This document shows, one piece after another, positions 9,124 to 18,342 of a DNA stretch of 64,000 nt. The position numbers and the translations under genes are program-made. Every line of letters starts with the position of its first letter. Positions within the stretch are counted from its first letter, which is position 1. Origin of the DNA: Candidatus Latescibacterota bacterium (GTDB lineage Bacteria; Latescibacterota; UBA2968; UBA8231); assembly GCA_964291625.2 (NCBI GenBank), contig OZ220089.1, positions 1,120,001 to 1,184,000 on the forward strand, read 5' to 3'. The notes under the pieces are model-generated. The model was not told the DNA's origin. It made no database searches and worked only from the letters and a program-made list of their open reading frames with translations.

Positions 9124-9888
9124 CTAGCTCCCGGGGATCTCCTCCAGCAGCCGGGTCCAGGCCCGGGCCAGGTCCATCACGTCGCCGCCGCAGACCACCA
9201 GGTCGCAGCCGGCCTCCATCGCCGCCTCCAGGAGCGGCCCCGGCAGGGTGAAGATGCCGCAGTGCCGGCCCGCGGCCTTCGCCTTCCCGATGCAGGACAG
9301 GACCATCTCCCGCAGGCGCGGGTCGGTCATCTGGCCGGTGACGCCGAGGTTCACGGACAGGTCCCCCGGCCCGAGGAAGATCCCCGACAGGCCCTCCACC
9401 CGCAGGATCTCGTCGACGTTCTCCACCGCCCGCACCGTCTCCACCTGGGTGAAGAGGTGGGTCCCCTCGTTGGCCCGGGCCATCGCCTCCAGCGGGTCGG
9501 CGAGGCCGAAGCCCATGCCCGGCGTGCGCGTATTGAAGCCGCGGGCCCCCACCGGGGCGTACATGCCGTACTCCACGACCCGGCGGGCGTGGTCGGCGTC
9601 GTCGACCATGGGTACCACCACGATGCGCGCTCCCGACTCCAGGGCCCGCAGCACGTGGTGCCGCTCGCCGTCGGGCAGGCGCACGAGCGGCAGGGCCCCT
9701 CCGGCCTCGGCGGCGGTGCACAGGGCCTCGACCCGCTCGAACCCCGAGGGCCCGTGCTCCATCTCGATCCAGACCGCCTCCCAGCCGATCTGCGCCGCCA
9801 GACGCACGAGCACCGGCGAGCCGCTGTTCACGGTGACGCCGCGCACCCTCCGCGGCTGTCCACTGGCGTCGAGAAAGACATCGTCCAT
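9124..9888 (-). CDS. HpcH/HpaI aldolase family protein
   Basis: WIEMEHG, VPMV, G.RG, QVET, FLGPGDLS. Confidence 0.9.
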   Translation of the reverse strand: MDDVFLDASGQPRRVRGVTVNSGSPVLVRLAAQIGWEAVWIEMEHGPSGFERVEALCTAAEAGGALPLVRLPDGERHHVLRALESGARIVVVPMVDDADHARRVVEYGMYAPVGARGFNTRTPGMGFGLADPLEAMARANEGTHLFTQVETVRAVENVDEILRVEGLSGIFLGPGDLSVNLGVTGQMTDPRLREMVLSCIGKAKAAGRHCGIFTLPGPLLEAAMEAGCDLVVCGGDVMDLARAWTRLLEEIPGS

Positions 9889-10121
9889 GGCGGCGGTCTC
9901 CTTGTGCTGGTGAGAGGACGGAGGCGAGACGGCGCCCAGCGAGGCGGCGCCCGCCGCGGGCGGTGAAGGCGGAGAAAGTAAGCGGCGCCGGCCCTCACGG
10001 GGCGAGTTGCCAGGGGATCCCTCGGCCTTTCCCCGGCCCGCGGCGGGCCATTGATTAGCGCGGACCGCGCCATCTCCTCCCGAAGAGACCCCTCCACCTG
10101 GCCGCCATCGAACCCGCCGCC

Positions 10122-10892
10122 ATGCGCAAGATCGACTGCCACATGCACGTCAACGGCGCCGGCATCGCCTGGGGCTGGGACCACAACGACCGCATCATCG
10201 AGACCGCCGACGCCCTCGGCATCGACGAGCTCTACGTCAGCATCCCCGTCACCCGGGGCCTGCCGGAGTTCAGCCGGGTGCGGGAGTGCAACGACGCCGT
10301 CCTCGAGGCCATGGCGCGCTACCGGGGCCGCCTCTTCGGCTACTGTTTCGTCGTCCCCGGCCACCGGGAGTCCCTCGACGAGATCGACCGCTGCCTCGAC
10401 GCGGGCATGTCCGGCGTCAAGCTCTACAACCAGTACCGGATCTGCGATCCCGCCGTCTTCCCCGTCCTCGAGAAGGCGATCGAGGCGGGCGTGCCCGTCC
10501 TCGAGCACGCGGGACGGCCGACGACTCGGGACTTCCTCGACCAGCAGCCGAACATCTCCGACGCCGGGCACTTCGTCGAGGCCGCCCGCCGCTACCCGGA
10601 GTGCATGCTCATCGAGGCCCACATCGGCGGCGGCGGCGACTGGGAGTGGGCGCTGAAGCAGCTGCGCGACGCACCCTCCGTCTACCTCGACACCTCGGGA
10701 TCGATCATCGACGACGGCATGGTCGAGGCCTGCGTCCGCGAGCTGGGGGTGGGCCGCATCCTCTTCGCCACGGACATGACCATGGAAGGGGGCGTGGGCA
10801 AGATCCTCGGCGCCGAGCTGACCGAGGCCCAGAAGGAGAGGATCTTCTGGAAGAACTTCCAGGCCATGCTCGACCGGCGCCGGGGAGGGTGA
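10122..10892 (+). CDS. amidohydrolase family protein (Amidohydro_2)
   Basis: DCHMH, GVKL, EHAG, AHIGG, LDTSGS, ILFATD. Confidence 0.9.
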   Translation: MRKIDCHMHVNGAGIAWGWDHNDRIIETADALGIDELYVSIPVTRGLPEFSRVRECNDAVLEAMARYRGRLFGYCFVVPGHRESLDEIDRCLDAGMSGVKLYNQYRICDPAVFPVLEKAIEAGVPVLEHAGRPTTRDFLDQQPNISDAGHFVEAARRYPECMLIEAHIGGGGDWEWALKQLRDAPSVYLDTSGSIIDDGMVEACVRELGVGRILFATDMTMEGGVGKILGAELTEAQKERIFWKNFQAMLDRRRGG

Positions 10893-10896
10893 AGGG

Positions 10897-11670
10897 GTGC
10901 TGATCGACATCAACACCTGGATCGGCCACTGGCCCTTCCGCCGGCTCTCCAGGGCCACCGCCGGCGGCCTGCTGCGGCGGATGGACCGCAAGGGCATCGA
11001 TCTGGCCGTGGTCGCCGACGTGAGCGCCGCCCTCTACCGCAACAGCCACGCCGCCAACGAGGACTTGGCCGCCCAGGTGCGCCGGCACCGGGACCGCCTG
11101 CTGCCTGTGGCCACCCTCAACCCCGGCTACCCGGGCTGGCGCGAGGACCTGCGGCGCTGCGCCGAGGAGCTGGGCATGGCGGGCCTGCGGCTCTACCCCC
11201 AGTACCACGAGTACCGCCTCACCGACCCCGAGGCCCTGGAGCTGATCGACGCCGCCAGCGAGCGCGGCTTCTTCGTACAGGTGCCCCAGCGGGTCGAGGA
11301 CCGCCGCACCCGGCACCCCTGGGACCGGGCGCGCGACCTGTCGGGCGACGAGTTCCACCAGGCCCTTCAGGCCCGGCCGAAGGTGAGATGGATGTTCCTG
11401 AACGCCCTCGGCCTGCCGGTGAAGAGCTTCCCGGAGGCCCGGTACGTGGCCGACATCTCGCGCCTGGCGGCGGTGCTGCAGCGCTCCGTGCAGGCCTTCC
11501 TCGACAAGGGCGGCGACGACAAGCTCGCCTTCGGCACGGGCATGGTCTTCAAGGTCCCGGACCCGGCCCTGCTGAAGCTGGAGCTCCTCGACCGGGGCAA
11601 GAGGGTGCGCGACCGCGTCGCCTTCCGCAACGCGGCGAACCTGATTGGACTGAAAGGAGTTGGGAGATGA
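10897..11670 (+). CDS. amidohydrolase-fold protein with degenerate metal site
   Basis: IDINTWIGHWPF (HxH absent), RLYPQYH, AFGTG; typical partner of the preceding amidohydrolase. Confidence 0.8.
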   Translation: MLIDINTWIGHWPFRRLSRATAGGLLRRMDRKGIDLAVVADVSAALYRNSHAANEDLAAQVRRHRDRLLPVATLNPGYPGWREDLRRCAEELGMAGLRLYPQYHEYRLTDPEALELIDAASERGFFVQVPQRVEDRRTRHPWDRARDLSGDEFHQALQARPKVRWMFLNALGLPVKSFPEARYVADISRLAAVLQRSVQAFLDKGGDDKLAFGTGMVFKVPDPALLKLELLDRGKRVRDRVAFRNAANLIGLKGVGR

Positions 11671-12419
11671 CCGATACGACCGGCGCCAGGACCGACTTCG
11701 ACCGCGACGGCTTCGTTTTGCTGCGCGAGTACCTGTCGCCGCCGGAGGCCGCCGAGGTGAGCGCCAACATCCAGCGCTTCGTCGACGAGGTGCTGCCCGG
11801 GGCGCCCGAGAACACGGCGTTCTACGAAGACCCGGCGGACCCGTCGACGATCAAGAGGCTCCAGAACATGGCGGACCTCGATCCCTGGTTCGACGAGCTG
11901 TGCCGCTCCGACCGCTTCCTGGGGCTCGCCTCGGAGCTGCTCGGCGAGGAAGCCGTGGTCCGCAACCAGCAGTGGTTCAACAAGCCGGCCCGCGCCGGCG
12001 CCGTGACGCCGCCCCACCAGGACGGCTTCTACTTCATGCTCGAGCCGAACCACGCCGTGACCCTGTGGCTCGCCCTCGATCAGATCGACGAGGAGAACGG
12101 CTGCATCCGCTACGTGCGCGGCTCCCACCGCCTCGGCATACGCGTCCACCAGCCCTCCGACGTGCTCGGCTTCTCCCTGGGGCTGCCCGACTACGGCGAC
12201 GAGGACCGCGCCCTCGAGACGCCGATCCACGCGCAGCCGGGAGACCTCTTCGCCCACCACTGCATGGTGATCCACCGCGCCGACGCCAACGAGTCCGACC
12301 GCGGGCGCTCGGCTCTCGGCCTCGTCTACTACGCCGGATCGGCCAAGGTCGACGACGAGCGCGCCGCCCGCTACCGCGAGGAGCTGTTCGCCCGGTGGAA
12401 GCGGGAGGGGAGGCTGTGA
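11667..12419 (+). CDS. phytanoyl-CoA dioxygenase (PhyH) family protein
   Basis: PPHQD, WLALD, NGC..Y..GSH, HRADAN.S.R; ATGA overlap with the upstream stop. Confidence 0.92.
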   Translation: MTDTTGARTDFDRDGFVLLREYLSPPEAAEVSANIQRFVDEVLPGAPENTAFYEDPADPSTIKRLQNMADLDPWFDELCRSDRFLGLASELLGEEAVVRNQQWFNKPARAGAVTPPHQDGFYFMLEPNHAVTLWLALDQIDEENGCIRYVRGSHRLGIRVHQPSDVLGFSLGLPDYGDEDRALETPIHAQPGDLFAHHCMVIHRADANESDRGRSALGLVYYAGSAKVDDERAARYREELFARWKREGRL

Positions 12420-13099
12420 CCGCCGGCACGGGGAACGGTCCCGGACCCTACACGATCCGCCGCGCCCCCGAGGCCCTGGGCGATCCCTCGGCCGAGGCCG
12501 GACGGTCCCTGTGGTCGGCCGCCGAGGAGCTGGAGGTCACCCACTACGTATGGCCGGACTCCGGCCACCGTCCCCGCACGCGGGCCCGCCTCCTCTGGGA
12601 CGACGGCTGGCTCGCCGTCCTCTTCGTCGTCGACGACCGCTACGTGCGCGCCGTGGCCCGAAGGTTCAACGACTCCGTCTGCCACGACAGCTGCGTCGAG
12701 TTCTTCGTCGCCCCCGCCGCCGACCCGGCCGGGGGCGCCTACTTCAACTTCGAGGTCAACTGCGGCGGCACCATGCTCCTCTACCGCTGCGGCTCGTCCA
12801 CCATCGAGGTCCCGGAAGAGGACGGCGCCACCATCGCCATGGCCCACACCCAGCCGAGGATCGTCGATCCCGAGGTCGCCGGCCCCACCACATGGGCGGT
12901 GGAGTACCACGTGCCCTGGAGCCTCTTCGAAAAGCACTTCGGCCCCGTGACCCCGTCGGCCGGCACCGTCTGGCGGGCCAACTTCTACAAGTGCGGCGAC
13001 CGCACCTCCCACCCCCACTGGGGATCGTGGGCTCCCGTGGACTCGCCGCGGCCGAACTTCCACCTTCCCGCCTCCTTCCGCCCCATCCACTTCGCCTGA
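12416..13099 (+). CDS. carbohydrate-binding family 9-like protein
   Basis: DSCVEFF, YFNFEVN, NFYKCGD...PHW. Confidence 0.85.
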   Translation: MTAGTGNGPGPYTIRRAPEALGDPSAEAGRSLWSAAEELEVTHYVWPDSGHRPRTRARLLWDDGWLAVLFVVDDRYVRAVARRFNDSVCHDSCVEFFVAPAADPAGGAYFNFEVNCGGTMLLYRCGSSTIEVPEEDGATIAMAHTQPRIVDPEVAGPTTWAVEYHVPWSLFEKHFGPVTPSAGTVWRANFYKCGDRTSHPHWGSWAPVDSPRPNFHLPASFRPIHFA

Positions 13100-13110
13100 G
13101 AGGCGCAAAG

Positions 13111-13793
13111 ATGGAATACACGATCCGCCGCGCCGCCTCACCCCTCGGGCCACCCGCCGCCGACTGGGACCGGCCCCCCTGGCCCTCGGCCGACATCCTG
13201 ACTCTGGACTGCTGGCCATGGGGGGACTCCGGCCACCACCCGCCGACCTCGGCGCGGGTCCTCTACGACGACGACTTCCTCGCCGTCATCTTCCGCGTCG
13301 AGGACCGCTACGTGCGCGCCGTGGCCGAGCGCTTCGGCGACCCGGTGAGCGAGGACAGCTGCGTGGAGTTCTTCCTGTCGCCCTTCCCCATGGGCGAGAC
13401 CGACGCCTACTTCAACTTCGAGGTCAACTGCGGGGGCGTGCTGCTCCTGCGCCGGTGCTCGTCCACCACCGAGCGCGGCTGGGGGCGGCCCAACCCCCTC
13501 CTGGCCGAGGAGGACGCCCGCCTCGTACGCATCGCCCACTCCCTGCCGGAGCGGGTCGAGCCCGAGATCGCCGCGCCGACCACCTGGACGGTGGAGTACC
13601 ACGTCCCCTTCGAGCTCTTCGGCCGCTACTCGTCGATCTTCCGCGGCCCACGGCCGGCACCGAGTGGAAGGGGAACCTCTACAAGTGCGGGGGGAAGACC
13701 TCCCATCCCCACTGGGGGACCTGGGCTCCCATCGAGCTGGCCGAGCCCTCCTTCCACGAGCCCGCCTTCTTCCAGCCCCTGCGCTTCGCCTGA
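13111..13793 (+). pseudogene. second CBM9-like protein, frameshifted at ~13630
   Basis: The N-terminal part (DSCVEFF, YFNFEVN) is in one frame and the C-terminal part (NLYKCGGKTSHPHW) in another; inserting one T at 13630 restores GRYFVDLP. Confidence 0.75.
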
Positions 13794-13803
13794 GGCGGGC
13801 GCC

Positions 13804-14751
13804 TCACTCCGGCCACAGGGCCTCGCCGCGGCAGCGGCCGAAGCGGTCCCGCAGCCACTGCAGGTGCTCCGGCGGCAGCGGCGGTCCGGTGATCGCCCGG
13901 GCGCCGGCCTCGAGGTGCCCGGGGTCCCCCGTGCCGACCAGCACCACGTCGATCCCCTCGCAGGCCGCGGCGAACCGGAAGGCCAGCTCCGCCCAGGTGC
14001 CCGGCGGCTCGCCGAGGAGGAAGCGCAGGTCGTCGGGGGTGCCCGCGTCCAGCCTGGCCAGGGTCCGCGCCAGGGCCTCCTCGCTCACCAGGGCCCCCCG
14101 GGCGGCGCTCATGCAGATCACCCCGGCGCCGTTGTCCCGAGCCGGCGGGAAGGCGCAGGTGTCGCCGGCCTGGTCGAAGATCCCGTACTGGACCATCACC
14201 GAGTCCCACAGGCCCGAGGCGCTGGCCCGGGTGGCCATCTGCTGGGAGTAGTCGAACATCGGCTGCTCGCTGAGCCCGATGAACCGGACCTTGCCCTGCT
14301 CGCGGAGCCGCTCGGCCACGGGCAGCAGTTGCTCGACGAAGATGTCGAGGGCGGCCGGCCCCACGCCGTGGTACTGGAAGAGGTCGATCCGGTCCCGGCG
14401 CAGGTCGCGCAGGCTCCCCTCCACCGAATCGATGACGAGCCGGGGGTCCGTGTCCGGCCTGCGCTCGGGATTCTCCCCGTCGGCCCAGTCGTACATCCAG
14501 GCCTTGGTGGCCACGGTCACGTCCGCGGCTGCGGCGCCCCTCGCCTGCAGGGCCCGGCCGATGGCGTCCTCGGTGCCGTAGGTGCGGGCCGTGTCGATGA
14601 AGTTGACCCCCAGGTCGAGGGCGCGGCCGATGAGGCGGTCCATGTCGTCGAGGGTGGCGTCACGCGACCGCCCCAGGCGGGAGGGACCGCCGGCGCCGAG
14701 GCCGACGCGGGAGACATGCAGGCCGGTGCGGCCGAGGGTGGTGTACTGCAT
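13804..14751 (-). CDS. aldo/keto reductase
   Basis: LGRTGL, IDTARTYG, ATK, SL..L..D.IDLFQYH, GKVRFIGLS. Confidence 0.92.
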   Translation of the reverse strand: MQYTTLGRTGLHVSRVGLGAGGPSRLGRSRDATLDDMDRLIGRALDLGVNFIDTARTYGTEDAIGRALQARGAAAADVTVATKAWMYDWADGENPERRPDTDPRLVIDSVEGSLRDLRRDRIDLFQYHGVGPAALDIFVEQLLPVAERLREQGKVRFIGLSEQPMFDYSQQMATRASASGLWDSVMVQYGIFDQAGDTCAFPPARDNGAGVICMSAARGALVSEEALARTLARLDAGTPDDLRFLLGEPPGTWAELAFRFAAACEGIDVVLVGTGDPGHLEAGARAITGPPLPPEHLQWLRDRFGRCRGEALWPE

Positions 14752-14847
14752 CAGGTACTCCTTCGGCTCAGGGGCCGGGGCCCGGCTGCCCTGGGCATGG
14801 TACTCGGCGGTCCTCTCTCCGCGACGAGTTCCGCGGCGAGGCGGGGG

Positions 14848-15558
14848 TCAGAGCACTTCGCGCCATCTCGAGATGACCCCGGGGCCGTACAGCCAGTTGA
14901 TCTGCCGGCCGAATCTGCGGTAGAGCTTCCACACCGAGAGATGGCGAGGCAGGTCGATCAACTCCGATATGGACCGTTCCTGGCTGGCCACCCACAGTCC
15001 CCCTTCGTCCCTGTAGTCCCCGAAGGAACAGCTGTCCTTGTAGCACGAGGGGAGGGGATGGTACTGACCGCGTCCGGCATCGTGGAGAATCAGACATCCC
15101 CGTCCGCTGAGGTAGCGCGGCGCCCTGGCAAGACAGGCGGTCCTGGCGCGGCCGTCGACCAGGACGAGGTCGAACGTCCCCCGGTCGGACGGGGCATCGA
15201 CGTACCCGGAGAAGCCCTCCCCGGTCTCCACCGAGACGATCTCCACCCGCGGATCGGTGTTGAGGCGGCGGATCTTCCCCGCCCATTCCTCCGAGTGCTC
15301 GATACTGAGCCAGGCTTCGAACTCGGTGTAGCGGCGAGTGAAGTAGAGGGTACCGTATCCACACCCCCATTCCAGGACTCTTCGGGGACGCAGCCGCCCC
15401 AGGAGATCCAGGATGATCTCCACCTCCCGGGGCTTCATCAACGGCCAGACCGGGTTCCTCCCCAGGACCCTCCGGTCGAACCGGTACCGGAGGTCCTGCA
15501 TGATCTGGGAGACGACGATCCCGGAAGGTCGCATCGGAGGGGAACTCCCTGGGATCAT
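14848..15558 (-). CDS. class I SAM-dependent methyltransferase-like protein
   Basis: VLEWGCGYGT, SIEH, FDLVLVDGR.R, LILHD; start uncertain. Confidence 0.8.
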   Translation of the reverse strand: MIPGSSPPMRPSGIVVSQIMQDLRYRFDRRVLGRNPVWPLMKPREVEIILDLLGRLRPRRVLEWGCGYGTLYFTRRYTEFEAWLSIEHSEEWAGKIRRLNTDPRVEIVSVETGEGFSGYVDAPSDRGTFDLVLVDGRARTACLARAPRYLSGRGCLILHDAGRGQYHPLPSCYKDSCSFGDYRDEGGLWVASQERSISELIDLPRHLSVWKLYRRFGRQINWLYGPGVISRWREVL

Positions 15559-15720
15559 CTGTCCTGTTGCACCAGATCTGTCGGGTAGGGGCCGGTCGGT
15601 CTCCTGGCGACCAATCTACCCCAAAGGGGGCGGCCAAGGAACCACGGGGACCTTTGGAGTACACTTCCCCTGCCCTCCGCCACTTTTGTCCGCGCCCCAA
15701 CCGAGCCAGGAGACGCACGT

Positions 15721-16818
15721 ATGTCCGCCGTAGAAGACCGCGCTGCCAGCATCCGGGTCACCGCCCTGCAGGCGATCCCCGTGGGCCCCAAGGGTTACGT
15801 CAAGATCGAGACCAGCCACGGCATCACCGGCTGGGGCGAGATCAACAACATGGAGACCCGCGTCGCCTGCGCCCTGGCCGAGTCCCTCGGTGAGATGGTC
15901 GTCGGCGAGAACCCCACCGCCGTCGAGCACCTGTGGCAGCGTCTCTTCCGCGCCCACCGGAACCTGCGCGGCGGCGGCCTCATGGTGCACACCATCGCCG
16001 CCATCGACATGGCCCTCTGGGACATCGCCGGCAAGCTCCACGGCGTGCCCGTGTATCGGCTCCTGGGCGGGCCGTGCCGCCACAAGGTGTGGATGTACCC
16101 CGGCCCCAAGGCGATCAAGACCGGCCCGGGGGGCGCCCGCTCCCACGGCGGGTCGCCGGATGAGGTGCAGCAGATCCTCGACCGCATCCGCGAGGCCCGC
16201 GCCCAGGTCGGCCCCGACGGTGTCGTCATGTTCGACGCCCACAGCAAGATGCCGCCGCCCATCACCCGCCAGGTGGGCGGCCACCTGAAGTCCGACGACC
16301 TCCTGTTCTGGGAGGAGGGCTGGGTGCCGGGCAACATCGAGGTCATGCGGCGGGTCCGCGAGGCGGTCCCCGTGCCCCTGGCCACCGGCGAGCGGGACCG
16401 CACGATCTGGGAGGTCCGCGAGATCCTGGAAGCCCAGGTCGTGGACGTGCTGCAGCCGGACTGCGGCCACGGCGGCGGCATCACCCAGATGAAGAAGGTC
16501 GCCGCCCTGGCCGAGGCCCATCACGTGCCCATCGCCCCCCACTGCACCATGTCCTACCTCGGGCTCACGGCGAGCCTCCACGTGGCCGCGTCCGTGCCCT
16601 TCTTCCTGATCCACGAGGGCTACACGGGCCGGCTGCCGGAGGGCGTGGCCCGCAAGACCTGGGAGATGGACGACGAGGGCTACGTCCCCCTGCCGGAGGG
16701 CCCCGGCCTCGGGGTGGAAATCGACGAAGCCCTGGCGCGGGAGGTGGGCGAGCGCCCGGAGCAGCAGTTCCGGTGGCCGGACAACCGTCTGGAGGACGGG
16801 TCCGTGGCCGACTACTGA
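15721..16818 (+). CDS. mandelate racemase/enolase superfamily protein (galactonate dehydratase-like)
   Basis: GWGE, AIDMALWDIAGK, FDAH, WEE, ATGER, QPD, APH. Confidence 0.9.
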   Translation: MSAVEDRAASIRVTALQAIPVGPKGYVKIETSHGITGWGEINNMETRVACALAESLGEMVVGENPTAVEHLWQRLFRAHRNLRGGGLMVHTIAAIDMALWDIAGKLHGVPVYRLLGGPCRHKVWMYPGPKAIKTGPGGARSHGGSPDEVQQILDRIREARAQVGPDGVVMFDAHSKMPPPITRQVGGHLKSDDLLFWEEGWVPGNIEVMRRVREAVPVPLATGERDRTIWEVREILEAQVVDVLQPDCGHGGGITQMKKVAALAEAHHVPIAPHCTMSYLGLTASLHVAASVPFFLIHEGYTGRLPEGVARKTWEMDDEGYVPLPEGPGLGVEIDEALAREVGERPEQQFRWPDNRLEDGSVADY

Positions 16819-17024
16819 CTCCCTTCGCCGGCGCAGGGCCGCAGCGCCTCGGTGCGCTCGCGCAGGCGGCGGGCGTACGGCGTCTCGACGCCGTAGCGGC
16901 GGCACAGGCGGCTGAAACTGCGCGGCTCGATGCCCAGAGCCCGGCTGGCGGACTCGTTCGTCGAGTACATGCGGGCGGCGCGCTGGATGCGCGCGCGATC
17001 GATTCGGCGTGCCCCTTGGGCCAT
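16812..17024 (-). CDS. small stand-alone Fis-like HTH protein (70 aa)
   Basis: NESASRALGIEPRSFSRLCRRYG resembles a Fis/NtrC-type HTH; preceded by a GGGGG RBS and a sigma54 promoter. Confidence 0.75.
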   Translation of the reverse strand: MAQGARRIDRARIQRAARMYSTNESASRALGIEPRSFSRLCRRYGVETPYARRLRERTEALRPCAGEGSQ

Positions 17025-17079
17025 TGCGGATCCCCCCTTCCAGTGTGCCCTGCGGCGCAGGATGGCTCGGAGGGGTGGA

Positions 17080-17095
17080 TGCAACTTGCGTGCCA
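17080..17095 (-). promoter_or_regulatory. sigma54 (-24/-12) promoter
   Basis: Minus strand TGGCACGCAAGTTGCA matches the consensus TGGCACG-N4-TTGCW exactly, 55 bp upstream of the HTH gene. Confidence 0.8.
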
Positions 17096-17144
17096 AGGTT
17101 CCTCCTGGACGAATCCGAGGGGCCGGGTGGCAGACGACCTCCGC

Positions 17145-17185
17145 GACTGTCCGCTGGCGCGACAGTCCGTGTCCGCTCCCGGACA
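17145..17185. promoter_or_regulatory. tandem palindromic enhancer-binding-protein sites (UAS)
   Basis: GACTGTC-N9-GACAGTC (17145-17167) and TGTCCG-N4-CGGACA (17170-17185), 50-90 bp upstream of the -24 box. Confidence 0.6.
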
Positions 17186-17194
17186 GAAGGCGCC

Positions 17195-18169
17195 TCAGTC
17201 CCACTCCAGGAGCACGCCGAGGGCTTCCCCCGGGCGGTTCCACAGCAGGTCGAAGGCGGCGGCCGCCTCGGTGAAGGGGAACCGGTGGCTGGTCATGCGG
17301 CCGGTGTCGATCACCCCGGAGGCGAGGAGCGACATGGCCCGCCGGTAGGCGGACAGGCCGGAGCGCTGCCCGTAGTAGCCACCCAGCAGTCGCCGGCGCT
17401 GGATCTTGCCCGAAGGCAGGGAGAGGGGCTGGTCCTCGTAGAGGCCGATCAGGTGCAGGGTGCCGTCGACGCCGAGCATGTCGAGGCCCTGCTCGAAGGC
17501 CTTCGGCCCCGCCGGACCGCCCACGGCGTAGACCACGAGGTGCGCCCCGGCGCCGTTGGTCAGCTTGCGCACCGCCGCCACCGGGTCCTCCTCGCCGGCG
17601 TTCACCACCCGGTCGGCGCCCAGCTCCGCGGCCAGCTCGCAGCGGCGCTCGAGGGCGTCCACGGCGATCACGTGGCCGCGGCCCGAGGCCTTCATCACCT
17701 GCAGCATGAGACTGCCCACCAGGCCCTGCCCCAGGATCACCACCGTGTCCGTGGGTCCGCTGCCCCCGATCTCGACCCAGGTCACGGCCCCCACCGCCAG
17801 CGGGTAGTACGGCGCGCGGTCGAAGTCGACATCCCCGGGCAGGACCACCACCCTGGCCTGGTCCTCCGGTCCGGCGGCGGCTGCGGGCTGGACGGTGTAC
17901 TCCGCGTGGGGGGCCAGGGAGACAACGCGGTCGCCGGGGGCCAGGTGCGATACTCCGTCACCGACGGCGTCGACCGTGCCGGCCATGGAGTAGCCCATGA
18001 TGGCGGGGCTGACGGCGTACTCGCGGGTGTAGCGGGCCCCCATCTCGGAACCGCGGCTGATGAGGGAGCGCACCGCCTTGACGCGGACCTCCCCCGAGCC
18101 CGGTTCCGGGACCGGCGCCTCCTCGAGGACGAGGTTGTACTTCCCTTCGGGCTTGGCGAGTCGTTTCAC
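17195..18169 (-). CDS. MDR family (zinc-binding type) alcohol dehydrogenase
   Basis: SLISRGSE, GYS, GQGLVG Rossmann motif; GTG start after GGAGGA. Confidence 0.88.
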   Translation of the reverse strand: MKRLAKPEGKYNLVLEEAPVPEPGSGEVRVKAVRSLISRGSEMGARYTREYAVSPAIMGYSMAGTVDAVGDGVSHLAPGDRVVSLAPHAEYTVQPAAAAGPEDQARVVVLPGDVDFDRAPYYPLAVGAVTWVEIGGSGPTDTVVILGQGLVGSLMLQVMKASGRGHVIAVDALERRCELAAELGADRVVNAGEEDPVAAVRKLTNGAGAHLVVYAVGGPAGPKAFEQGLDMLGVDGTLHLIGLYEDQPLSLPSGKIQRRRLLGGYYGQRSGLSAYRRAMSLLASGVIDTGRMTSHRFPFTEAAAAFDLLWNRPGEALGVLLEWD

Positions 18170-18276
18170 GGCGATCCTCCGGGTGTCGGGCGCGGTCCTT
18201 CGGCTCCGGGCCAACCCTCACCAACCGGGGTACGGCGGTCAAGCCGGGTTCCACGACACCCTCTCCGGCCCTTGGT

Positions 18277-18304
18277 TTGACGGCCCCGCGGGGTTCCGTA
18301 TCCT
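18277..18304 (+). promoter_or_regulatory. putative sigma70 promoter
   Basis: TTGACG-N16-TATCCT, 38 bp upstream of the phyH gene. Confidence 0.5.
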
Positions 18305-18342
18305 AGCGCGGCAGCGCTCACCCCCCTCGCCGGAGCCACCCC

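Noticed and set aside
12511-15588. 1025-aa plus-strand ORF
   Set aside because: Artefact of the CBM9 frameshift reading through antisense genes.
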